Made by a program: the position numbers and the translations under genes. Shown here in pieces: positions 1 through 11,830 of a stretch of DNA of 21,526 nucleotides; positions within the stretch are counted from its first letter, which is position 1; the number at the start of each line of letters is the position of its first letter. A model generated the notes under the pieces. It worked only from the letters and a program-made list of their open reading frames with translations, made no database searches and was not told the DNA's origin. Origin of the DNA: Ginkgo biloba (taxonomy: Eukaryota > Plantae > Ginkgophyta); the NCBI GenBank assembly GCA_024626585.2, contig JANKJI020000004.1:178300557-178322082 (forward strand), in the 5' to 3' direction.

Positions 1-1217
1 TGTGGTTCAAAATAGTTTCTTTGATTTAGATCCAAGACCCTATTTTTGCTATTTTTAATAAAATGCCAACTTGTGGTTAAAATTCAGATATATCTGAGAA
101 AAATACAGTAAATGATCCATAATTGAAGAGATGTATTTTTCATAATAATCTTTAAAATGAGCCTAAGAGGATGTAAAATAGATCTATGGATCAAAAGTTA
201 TGCAAAATATTATAGCTAGCAAAAAAATACTAAAAATTGCCTATTTTTCTATAATAAAAAAGTATTTTGGATACAACTTCTAAATGGGAATTCAGATGCT
301 GCAAAAAAAAAAAAAAATTATCCTGTAAGGGGGTAATTACTTAAATTTTAAAGTTTAAAACATCAATTATTTAAATTTTAAAGTAGTGGTTAAACTTTAA
401 AAGTTACCACTGTTCCAACACTTGGTAATTTTTGTTACTTTTTAAAATTTTAGATTTTTGGCATATGAAGCTATCAGGACATTAGAGTTTCAGAATTTGG
501 AGTATTTTAGAGTAGGATACATCATGACATTCATAAAATTATAATTCAATGGATCTGAAAATGATTTTGAAAGAGTTTTGGAAAACTTTGAGTTCCAACA
601 ACTTAAAACTAAACAAAAGTGCAAAATTCTAAACAATTGTAAAAATAGTTAGGGTAATGGAAAATAAACTTTGAAAAGAAAATGAAAAACAATTGAACAT
701 TAAGATCTTCCCAAATAGGCTCTATGCCATTGCTACAATCTCCCATCCATGTGGGATAAATATTCAAAAGGGTTCTTTAAGAGCACATAGGAACACATGC
801 GCAAGCGTGTGCACACACACAAAGAATAATCTGTATGGTCAGTCCCTGGATGATGCTCCCATCATTCCTTAGATGTGGAGGAATACATATAGTTATTTTA
901 TCTATGAAAATAAAGTCCTTTTCTCTTTTCCTACCCTATTCAATCTAGCAATATCATGTGAGTTTAGAAGGGTAATACAACTTGTAAAATCTATTTTATC
1001 AAGTGCACAATCATGATAGGATGAATCATTACATTTATGAAAATGCACTATGGTAGTTGCTTCATAATAATTTTTCACATTACATATGTCACATAAGATG
1101 GAGAATCAATTACATATNNNNNNNNNNNNNNNNNNNNNNNNNNNNNNNNNNNNNNNNNNNNNNNNNNNNNNNNNNNNNNNNNNNNNNNNNNNNNNNNNNN
1201 NNNNNNNNNNNNNNNNN

Positions 1218-1327
1218 AGGTCATTCAGCAACAGGAAATTCTCCATCTGGTATTTCCACTCTGCATAGTTGGTTGCACCGGTGAGCTTCTCTGTCACAGC
1301 TCCCAGTATTCCGCTTCCGCTAGCCAT
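1218..1327 (-). CDS. gag: Ty1/copia retrotransposon Gag N-terminus (partial, truncated by assembly gap)
   Basis: ATG at 1327-1325 opens MASGSGILGAVTEKLTGATNYAEWKYQMENFLLLND. This matches the copia Gag N-terminal pattern KLxGxNYxxWxxxMxxxL (DUF4219/Retrotran_gag_2-type). No stops before the gap at 1217. Confidence 0.85.
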
Positions 1328-1427
1328 GTCTCTGATCAATCTGAGTAGTCTGAGCAACAGGATCAACACTGTCTGATCTGGTTTGGTGGTATACCCCAAG
1401 TGACCCTAACTATGTTTCCACCCCTTG

Positions 1428-1913
1428 TGTTGAATAGAGTCTATCTGAGGTATGCGGGTTTTGGCGCACTGCAAACTGAGGAGCGATAAACCGAACCTCA
1501 AGAAATACAGGTACACACCGACTTATAACAAGCGACAAATCTTCTATTAAAGGTGTTAATACTCAAAACAATCGAGACCCCTGGTTCTCCTTATTCCCTC
1601 CTTATCTCGACCTCAGTTTCTCGTTGCACGATACACCAATAGTAGGTCAACTCTGTTCTGATGACCGATTCTGCGTATGCGTGTGCAATTACTTCGTGGA
1701 GGAGTATTCCCACTGCAAAGAAAACCGAAAAGACAGAAGAAAAGTGTTTTATAGGCGTGATTTCATTTTATTTTGTAGAAATTCTTTTTGCTTTTGAGTG
1801 TTTTTTTTATTTTTAACTATTTTTTAGCAAAATCAATTTCTTCGGTCACCTCACACAGTGTCAAAATCATCAATGAATCATAAATTCCTTGTTCTACACG
1901 TAGGTAGCCAACA
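1428..1913 (-). mobile_element. Putative 5' LTR (~486 bp) of the copia element
   Basis: Bounded by inverted TGTTG (1428) and CAACA (1909-1913). It contains a minus-strand CCTATAAAA TATA box and ends 100 bp upstream of the gag ATG. The gag-proximal end is conserved in a second copy at 18932. The distal boundary is inferred only from the terminal motif. Confidence 0.6.
1747..1755 (-). promoter_or_regulatory. TATA box of the copia LTR
   Basis: Plus strand TTTTATAGG reads CCTATAAAA on the minus strand, oriented towards gag and inside the putative LTR. Confidence 0.5.
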
Positions 1914-3723
1914 TACATTCATATGACCATGTTCAATTAGTAGGAAATGAAATGAGTTTTCCAGTGGTATCTTCAATTTTTATTTTTGACTATCTGTTTG
2001 TTAGAAATGGGGATTAACCCCTTCTATTATGTGACCAGGGAGGGTGCTTAATATTTTAAGTTACCAAAGTTTAATTTTTATCAAATGTAATTTAATTTAA
2101 TCAAAAAAATTATTTATTTATTTATTTCTAAAAAATTTAGGGATTTTTGTCAATTTGTAGTTCTCGCGTATCATTTTTTCTTCCAATCCATAATTTTTGT
2201 TGGATTCTTCGTCGTTCTTCCCGAATCAGTGTTTAGATCCTCTTATAGATGTTAAATTATTATTTATGGCCTTCAAAGTCCCTTACAACACCTTCTCACC
2301 TCCTGTAAACTTCAAACATCCCTACATCACCTCCCATGAGCTCTACGTAGCTTCAACGACTTCTATGAAATTCAAATAGCCTCATGGTCCTTGGTGACTT
2401 CTCCTGATCTCTCCCAATGGACTCATAACCCTTTAATTTAGAAGCATCAATCTTGTGGTCTAGTATTACCCATGACCTTATCTGATATCTACACAACCCA
2501 ATAATCTTCACCAGAGGCTTCATAATGTTCTACACCTCCCCCTACAGTGTCTAAAGTTCTTGGGGATTTCAAATAATCATTGATGAGTTTGTACAATATT
2601 AGAGTAGGTCAAGATAGCGATACATATAACAATGAGTTGTATGGCATGCACTTAGCGTCTCACAANNNNNNNNNNNNNNNNNNNNNNNNNNNNNNNNNNN
2701 NNNNNNNNNNNNNNNNNNNNNNNNNNNNNNNNNNNNNNNNNNNNNNNNNNNNNNNNNNNNNNNNNAAAAAAAAAAAATAGTTTGAAGGCAAGATTTAAAC
2801 TTCTAACCTCTTGCATAAAAAATATAACCTCCTAAGCACTCAACCCAATTCTTTCTTCATGAAAAAAATGTGATAGATTTTTTTTTAAAATGCTATGAAC
2901 TCAAAATTTTATTAAAAAAAATAAAGAATCCCTTAGGGGATAACTTGGACCTTTTATCTAATTCAATTTAATTTAAATAAAATTTTGAGAGAAAAAAATA
3001 AAATTTGATGTAGAAAAATCTTGCCTATGTGTTCCCTCACATTTTTTATTTCTCCTACATGTTCGTTGTATTGCATTTTGGATGCATTCTCCCATGATCT
3101 TTCAGATCAATTTTCTTTTATGGGATTAATTAAGTATTCAAGATCGCCTCCACATTGAACAAATCATGGTTAACTTTCTCCTACAATAGTAAATACACAG
3201 ATCATGGTAAAATTTTTCCAATAGAATAAATACCTTCTTCAACAACAAAAATAGGCGATAGTATCTAAGTAGGTTTGCCACAAATTTGTATATTGTACCT
3301 CTCTTTTAATCATTCATTCTAATAATTCATCTCTTCCTCCCCATGGATGTACATAATTTCTTTAGTGGGCCTTCAAGCACCAAAACTTCATGTCTTGTAC
3401 AAACTCTATAGTAGTAAATATATGATTTTCTCTCCCACATTTTTATTCAACTGAGCATACACATGATTTTCTTCTATAAGATGCTTCTTAGTATCAACAT
3501 TAAATAATGGTCATTTTATTCACAACTTTCCTCAGTAGAAAATAATGATTGTTTATCTCAACACTTCTCCTGATCTTCAAAAATCATGATTATATCACTT
3601 CTTCTCCTTCAATCTTTAAACTAAATTTTTTTGACTTCTCTTTCAAGCTTCTTCTTCTTCAAAGAATTCATAGTTTCTTAAGGGTTTCATCTCTCCACAT
3701 AGTTTCTCTAAGTTTATTTGTTT

Positions 3724-3942
3724 TCTCTAACACCAAATAAAAAATATGGTATGAATTTGAATTGTATTAACTCCAATATCAATATAATATTATCGATTCT
3801 CTAACACCTACGTATGAATGACAACCCTTATTATATAAGGTTCACAAATCAACTATCCTCTAACTGAATAACACCTAATTACATCATAATCTAATAATTA
3901 TATATTATAAAATTTAATCTATGTCACACAACTTGTGATACT
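3724..3942 (-). mobile_element. Degenerate LTR fragment with possible decayed tRNA-iMet PBS
   Basis: Minus strand TGGTGTTAGAGA at 3735-3724 matches TGGTATCAGAGC at 9/12. Upstream sequence is AT-rich and LTR-like, with CCTTATATAA near 3830-3840. Cut by a gap. Confidence 0.3.
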
Positions 3943-4086
3943 NNNNNNNNNNNNNNNNNNNNNNNNNNNNNNNNNNNNNNNNNNNNNNNNNNNNNNNNNN
4001 NNNNNNNNNNNNNNNNNNNNNNNNNNNNNNNNNNNNNNNNNNTTTTGACTCACCCACTGAGATACGGATCAGAGACCTAGACCCAA

Positions 4087-5319
4087 ATGAAAGTAATTTC
4101 ATGAAACTTTTATCTTCCTATAAGAAACAAAGCTCAACAACAAAGTTATGGAAGACCTCGTGAAAAAGAGTTATCCAGATTACAATGTTCAGGTAGTATG
4201 AGTAGAAGGTATGACAAGAGGTTTGGCGATCCTTTGGAAACTTATGCGTCTCAAGGTTTTAGTTTAGGATACTTATAGATATTGGATAACGATAAAGATT
4301 GAAAATGAGTTAGAGGATAAGGAGTAATAGGTTTCCAATGTGTATGGGAAATCTATAAGTAGGGGCAAGGAAGAGTTTTGGGAATAATTTTGGAGTAAAT
4401 CTAGGATGTTAAGACCAAAAAAATGGATAATTGGCAGAGACCNNNNNNNNNNNNNNNNNNNNNNNNNACTATCTAGGGAAGAAAAAAGAGGAGGTCAGTG
4501 GCTGGATCATTTGACTAGGGATTCTATTTGGGTAGGAATGGAAGAATTTAATTTACTATATGTAAATCTTAAATAAGAAACCTTCACTTGGTTAAATAGA
4601 AGAATTGGGGGTGGTTATGTGGTAGAATGGCTAGATAGATTCCTTATGAGAAATGGTTGCATTTCAATGCATCGGGGATGGTAATCTAAAATATTTGTAA
4701 GTGGTGCCTCAAACCATAGACCAATGAGTATTAGGTTATTGCTTTTACTAAATCCAAGGAATGCTCCTTTCAAATTCAATCCTCTATTAATCAAAGAAGA
4801 GGATTTTCTTAGTAATATTCAAAAGTGGTGGAGGGAGGGAGGGCCAGGTGATGGCTCATAAATGTTCAAATTTGCTAATAAGATATCCTTTGTCAAATCC
4901 ACCTTAAAGGAGTGGAATAAGGATAGTTGAGGCAAAGTAGAAGGGAAGAGAGGAGGCATAACTAAAGTTGGACGACATTCAAGAGAAAATTGATAGAGAA
5001 TGGTTAAATCCTAATTTGGTAGAGAAGGAAGCGGAAGCTTTGTAGAGATTGGACACCTTCCTTAAAGAGGAGGAAGAATATTGGAATTTAAAATAAAGGA
5101 TGCTTTGGATCTTAGCAGGGGATAAGAATACCTCATTCTTTCAGAAAGTTTCATTTCAAATAACCCACTCAAACTTCATAAGTCAGATCAAAAAAACCTA
5201 GTGGGGAATGGTTGTCGTCACTAGAGGAGGTGAAGGAGGAAGTAGTCAATTACTTTTTGTCCCTCCTTTATGAAGAGAATTTGGATAGAATAGAGGCTTA
5301 AGAGAAAATATTGGGGGTG
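4087..5319 (+). pseudogene. L1-clade LINE ORF2 remnant (AP endonuclease domain and linker to RT)
   Basis: Ordered motifs across frameshifts and stops: MKVIS*N (4087; cf. MKIxSWN), FL*ETK (QETK), GLAILWK, NVYG (4337), WIIGRD (GGDFN), FTWLNRR (4583), LDRFL (4631), SNHRP (4709; SDHxP), PFKF, LKEWNK, EEEYW and W..AGDKNTSFF (5118). Confidence 0.92.
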
Positions 5320-8300
5320 NNNNNNNNNNNNNNNNNNNNNNNNNNNNNNNNNNNNNNNNNNNNNNNNNNNNNNNNNNNNNNNNNNNNNNNNNNNNNNNNN
5401 NNNNNNNNNNNNNNNNNNNTTCTTAACTTCTTTATATTATTTTAATCATATTTTTTAGCCCAACTTAATATTAAGGAAAAGGCACCATGCAAAAAGGAAA
5501 CAATATCATTCATATAATAAAATGAATTATAGTGGATACAAAATGCATGCCAGAAACTACAAAAGGCACGGTGCAAACTAGAAAAACATCTCACACTTAA
5601 GAAAATTATTATGTAGCCTATAAATATAAAAACCAAAGGANNNNNNNNNNNNNNNNNNNNNNNNNNNNNNNNNNNNNNNNNNNNNNNNNNNGGAGTATAA
5701 AAATGTATAAAGGTAAAATTTCAATGAAGAATATTTTGAAAATGATGATGATTATGGAAAACTATGTTCTAAAGTATAGTCGCCAATCATATTTAGGAAA
5801 TAATTGGATGGATTAAACCTAGTAGGATACCAATTATGTTATATGGATTTGTGGTAGTCATGGATGAATAAGTAAACCAAGTATACTAAATTATAATAAA
5901 TAAATGAAGTGTTATTATGTGTCTCACAATAAAAATGTGTACCTAAATTATTCTTCTTCCCTTTGTTGGGTCAATGATAATCTAAACTTATTAATTATCT
6001 AGGGTGGTGTAAATGATGTCTGCAAGAAAATTCATAGAATTAGAAAATAAAATATCCACTATGGAGATACAAATAGGTTTAGAAAATTAGATAAATTAAT
6101 ACTTGTAATAAATCCTAAATATGGAATGAGAATGGAAATAAATGGAAAATCCATTAATCTTTTAATATGACAAATAAATCTATCAATGGATGGGATAAGG
6201 TAGCTAAGTGAAATCTCTTTGCCAATTACAATGAAATAAATAGGTGATTCTCTAACTCTCATCTCCCTCTAATGATCTTCGATATGAAAAATAGTTGTAC
6301 ATATTAACCTTATTAACCTACCCATCCTGGGTCCCCCCTTTTATTTTTATTTTTATATTTCATTTCATATTTTATTCAGTAATGTGTTTACCATGGTAGG
6401 GTGATCCGTGTGAATCAATATTTGTCTCTCCTCTCTCCCCTAATTTTATTCCTCCTAGATACTCAAAGATACTTCTTGGTATGTTGGTGTGCATCTAGGC
6501 CTTGTAAGATCACTCTTGAAAAACTCCTATCATTGTCCTCTATAAATGTGTCCACCTATAAGAAGTTCCTCCTTCTCTTAATTTTGTTGTTTATAGGTAA
6601 TTAAGAGAAGACTATCTAGGAGGCCAAGATGAAATTAAATATTGAGAAAGTTATTCAAGAAAAAAAGAGAATGAAATAAGGAGAAGAAGTCATCAAAAGC
6701 CATGGATCACTTAAAAATATTTTGAAGATACACTTTTTATATTCTACCAAACCTTTAATATTATCCACAAGTGCATGATATATGGAGTTTGGGAGTATCA
6801 TTATTTACATTTTAGGATGCAGTGAAAGGGAGAATGAAGATAAAGTGCCATCCTAAGAAGATGAGGCTAGACCCCCCTGGTTCAAAGTTATATCTTGGTT
6901 TTTGGTCGAGCATAGTTAACCCTTGGGTGATAAGTGAATGAGGAATAGTAAGGGGGTTTCTTCTCCCTAGATTCACCTTCTTCCCTAAATCAACCAAGGA
7001 TCCTTTCAAAGGTATGGTATTTTCAAGTGGAGTATGATTGACACATTTTCTTAAATCCAAATTCCCATGGACCCAAGAAGTTATCAAATATACTTAAGAA
7101 AATTTGGGGATTTAAGTTGTTAGGATTTAGTGGAGACGAAACCTTATCTATAAAATCTCCAAATTATTATACACATGAATATTGGTAAAATAGATTTGAT
7201 AAATTATTCAAGAGGTGAGGTTTAGAGTCTTCATAAAATAATTTTAAAGTGAACACCATAAAACCAAAATTAAATTAAATTAAATGATATGTACAAGAGT
7301 TTGGGGCTTCATGATTATGAGGTATTGAGCCCTTATAGATCATAATTAATCAAGGGTGATACCTAAGAATATGAAGACCCTAAAGGCCATCTATATTGAC
7401 ATGTATGGAACCATACTGCAACACCTCCTAACCCATCTATGCTGAGAGAATAAGTAGTTAATGTGATAATCCCTTTCATCTTCCATAAATTTATGAGTTA
7501 TAATAATAACATATTAAATCCTAAGGGGTGGAATGACTCTCACTTTATGTGGCATATAGGTATCATCTAGATTTTTACTTATAACTTTATGAATATATTT
7601 AAATATATCTCTTGGAGGTAGATCTACCACCAATGCCAAACACCTCACTACACACTTAAGCCTTTGCAAGGAGGAGGTTTTTACNNNNNNNNNNNNNNNN
7701 NNNNNNNNNNNNNNNNNNNNNNNNNNNNNNNNNNNNNNNNNNNNNNNNNNNNNNNNNNNNNNNNNNNNNNNNNNNNNNNNNNNNATCAAGTCAAAACTCT
7801 CGAACCACAACTATGTTTTCTATGTTATTAATTTCCTTATAAAGATATTTGATAACTCTATAACTCTATCCTAGATTATTATCATCTCAAAACTAATTAT
7901 ATTTCTCTAAAATTTGACCACAAGGTGGGACTTCATGAAAATTTGACAAAAATATTGATTTTTAGAATCCAAAACAGATCAAAAAGTGCCTTTTACAACT
8001 TATACTTGCTTGGTCTTATAGTTCTTCAAAACTCTTTTTATTCTTATAAGCTCAAGAGGTATAATGGATTGATTTTGAGGGGGTATGAATATTTGAATGA
8101 ACAAGGAGAGTGGCGGGGGCAAGGGTGGTATATTAATTAACATTAACTATCTTCATTCCCCGAGGATGATTCATTCAATTTTTTGCCACCTATCCTACCC
8201 TTATTTATCATTGGTTTCCTTGTCCATCTCATGAGGAGGGACCATGTGTGCGACTTCAAGGCATTACAAGATAATTCATTACCACCCATCATAAATTTCT

Positions 8301-10520
8301 ATAAGTGCACTAACACCTCATAGATACTTTACTTTTCTCTTTCTCCTTTGTCAGCCAGGCTAGTAGGAAGCCCATGAGGAAAGTACTTGTTGTTCTTTGA
8401 GAGGTTGAGGCTCCTTAGGGGAGTAAAGGAATTCATGGGGAGACCAAAAGGGAAACATCTCCTAAGAGACGATTCTTCTTTAGTGTTCGCTCCTTCGCCT
8501 TGATGCCTTAGAGTGCGTGATTGAAAAGTGACATGGGGGTTCACACTTTATATAGCCTTAATTCCTAGTCTTTCATAACTCACTTAGGTGAACCACGACT
8601 ATTTGAGTTTGACAAGAAATATATTATTTTTTCACCTTCAGAACACATGCCTCAAAATCCTTTTAGTGACACCATAGGTCCCATGTTCATCGAGCGTGCT
8701 CCTGTTCTCTTCTTATCCTCTTGGGTACTTTAGTATTAATNNNNNNNNNNNNNNNNNNNNNNNNNNNNNNNNNNNNNNNNNNNNNNNNNNNNNNNNNNNN
8801 NNNNNNNNNNNNNNNNNNNNNNNNNNNNNNNNNNNNNNNNNNNNNNNNNNNNNNNNNNNNNNNNNNNNNNNGGAGATGTCCATTGACGATCAGAAAAATA
8901 TTGAGTGGGAAGAGAGAGAAAAAATAGAAAGAGAGAGTTTGCCTGATTGGATGACAATCAAACCAGTCCCAGTTCCATTAAGTCTCGTAAGTGTGGTAGA
9001 ACTAGCCATAAATTCCAATAATAAATAGGGAAGGAGGTGAAATTCTCCCAAGGATCACTTTTGATAGACTGTATTATCTGTATCCATCTAGGTAATGCCA
9101 ATATTTACGTTGTCATTTAGCACAAATTGCATCATGCCATGCCAGTTTGGCCTTCAAAAATTGGGCTTGGCTCATTAAGAAGTTGTTGGAAACTCACAGA
9201 GCATTGGTCAATATTTTCTATAAATGGACTACTTCAAAGGATGGAAGAAATCAAGATGATGGAGGCCAAAAGTGGAATGAAGTTGGGGTGGAAGATGATA
9301 TGGATAGAACAGTGCACGTTCTCCTTGAATGAAAGTTTCCNNNNNNNNNNNNNNNNNNNNNNNTATGGGAAGTAGAAGGAATGGATGGAATTGGAAAGAA
9401 AGGATGGAGATGATTATGGTTAATGTAGGAAATCCTCATTTTCCTTCTTATGAATAGGTTAGGTTTCTCCTACCTTTAAGTGATATGCCAGCGATGTTAA
9501 TGATGAGAAAAATAATGAATGGATTTGGTTGGGGATAGGAACCCATCATTAAAGGATAGGCACCCACACCTATTCCTAGTCCATGAGTGATCTCTCCATT
9601 ACTTTATATATACAACTCTACATACCCTCCCCCATCGTGTAGAGAAGCAAAGGGATTGTACCTTCTCTTCAAATGATGGGGTACATCTAAACTACAGAGT
9701 ATGCAGGACATGTGGGATGTGAGGTCCTCTCACTTATGCAGGAGTCTCATGATGTAGCAAAGTGGATGATCTTGAGAAGAAGAAAGGGTTTCCCTTCTCC
9801 AGTGAAGACTGATTAATTTGGATTGATGGTGTCTTCATCATCACTCGTTGTCAAGACCTCTCTTTAATTTTGATTCCTCTTTTAATAATTATACTTTATT
9901 CATGATCGATAGTGTCAATGAACACTTCAGTCATGTATACATTTGATATACACTTTTGTAAATGGGAATAAAATATCCAATAATATATTTCGTTGAGTTC
10001 CAATTTCTAAAAGTGTTGTTGTCACTGCATGAGCTTCTCCCATATTAGATATATATTTCTCTCCCTGGGTACAAATGCCTCATAAATAAGGATAAAAAGG
10101 TTTCTAATAAGTGACCAATCCCTAGTTGATTTGAATATGACTCTTCCTATACTTGTAGTGATAGAGCATCCAGTCTTCAATGTTAATCCACCTTGGTCAA
10201 GTTTCTCTACCATCAAGTACAAATGAGCCATGTTGTGGCTAGTGCAATCTTTAAATATTAGGCTAAAATAATATTTAAGAAGGTGATATAGGTCTCATAA
10301 ACATTGATGAAAACTTCTATAAATCCATGAGTATTGATGAATGAAAAGGAATGAAGATGGTGGTAGTTGATTTTGGCATAGGATGAAAAAATTATACAAA
10401 GGAAGGTATGATAAATACAANNNNNNNNNNNNNNNNNNNNNNNNNNNNNNNNNNNNNNNNNNNNNNNNNNNNNNNNNNNNNNNNNNNNNNNNNNNNNNNN
10501 NNNNNNNNNNNNNNNNNNNN

Positions 10521-11030
10521 TTTAGCACTTTCTTTAGCCAAATATTACTCCAGTTATACTCCTAAGAGATGACAATCCACCTATTCTTAGGTGGTAGATT
10601 ATTTCATAGGTCTCTCCAATGCAATCTTGTCATAGGAGAAAGGGAGGAGTTTACATTCTATTCATATGACCAGACATTAGCAAGAATACTAAATAACCTG
10701 ATGAGGGAATTAGATATTCCTCATATAATGATGTTACTAAAATTAATGATTCCTCTAAGTGGGCACAAGAGGATCATAATGAGGAAGAGAAGATAAAAAA
10801 AGAGATACATCCTGTTGGGGAGAAAAATATGGGGTAAGGAGGCTAACCTTCCACCGATGAATGCAGTTTGAGTAGGCCATGAGAAGATGTGGCTTCAACC
10901 TCAGGTAAAAAACTTTTCAAATTTTATAAAATTAATTATGTTTAAAAATGTTTTTTTACATGCACAAAACTAATTACCAATTATTTTGGGATTTGTAAGG
11001 GAGACGATGATTATATTATTAATGGTGGAT
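10521..11030 (+). pseudogene. Possible transposon-associated (plant mobile domain/DUF1985-like) gene remnant with an intron
   Basis: Frame with *HFL*PNITPVILLRDDNPPILRW (10577-10594 = PPILRW), followed by acidic low-complexity coding-like sequence. AT-rich GT..AG intron candidate at 10905-10999 with CTAAT at 10970. Short motif only. Confidence 0.25.
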
Positions 11031-11219
11031 CAAATTTTCAGAGAGATTTTTTACCATATCATGCCAAATCCATGGGCTCTGCTTCCATATCCTAATGTAT
11101 CCATTATTTCTCAGCCTCATATCCATGCATTTTATTCATCCTATAGATTTTCTAGTATTTATAAGGATTTATTGAGAAAAATATGAGGCATTTATCAATG
11201 GCATCCTCATACAATGTAA

Positions 11220-11635
11220 GCCCAACTTTTAACACTTCTAAATAAACCTATGAATGCAAGGCATTCATAAAAAAATCATATAATTCCCTTCCCACAAATG
11301 GGATTTTTTAAGTGTGAACTAACAATATTTACCTTTACATGAATTCAAAGTTGGATTCATCACTACCTTACTTTAAAGAAAATAAGGCTTTGAGGTCGAT
11401 ATCAAATGATTTTGCTATATCAAAATATTGGATGAAAAAATCAACCAATTATTGGAAGGATACTATTAATCCCTTGGGTAGCCTATAAAACCATTTTAGG
11501 GCATCCCCCACTGATCACCTAAGGACCAAACTTAACACTACCTCATTTTGATACATATTATCTACACATGCAAGCATAAAGGCATTAATATGAGAGGTAG
11601 GATCTGAACCTATGAACCATCAAATTTAGGTAATT
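11220..11635 (-). pseudogene. gag: Ty3/gypsy (Athila/Tat-type) gag remnant, Retrotrans_gag domain
   Basis: LPKFDG / SDPTSHINAFMLAC...VVLSLVLR*SVGDALKWFYRLPKGLIVSFQ*LVDFFIQYF...LFSLK*GSDES. This follows the pattern FDG..DP..H...F, GxAxxWFxxLP, LxxxF and KQxxxES. It contains stops and a frameshift. Confidence 0.88.
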
Positions 11636-11830
11636 NNNNNNNNNNNNNNNNNNNNNNNNNNNNNNNNNNNNNNNNNNNNNNNNNNNNNNNNNNNNNNNNN
11701 NNNNNNNNNNNNNNNNNNNNNNNNNNNNNNNNNNNTAGTTTAATACTCCTTTTGTTTACTTATATTTTTTAGAATTGATCTCTAGTTAATTCTATACCTC
11801 TAGTCAATTCTAAAATTTATTATTTTTAAT

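Noticed and set aside
120-210. GGATCAAAAGTTATG-type motif common in plant TE subterminal regions
   Set aside because: No terminal inverted repeat partner or boundary is visible, so no element can be assigned.
5466-5640. AAAAGGCAC..TGCAAA direct repeat and CCTATAAATA TATA box
   Set aside because: Probably an LTR U3 fragment, but it is flanked by gaps with no termini or downstream gene to support a call.
6100-6190. MEINGKSINLLI resembling the lead-in to a retroviral or caulimoviral aspartic protease
   Set aside because: No D(T/S)G catalytic motif follows, and there are no supporting domains nearby.
8440-8490. Apparent inverted similarity to 13435-13477
   Set aside because: Short and purine-rich, and the translations do not align; probably chance.
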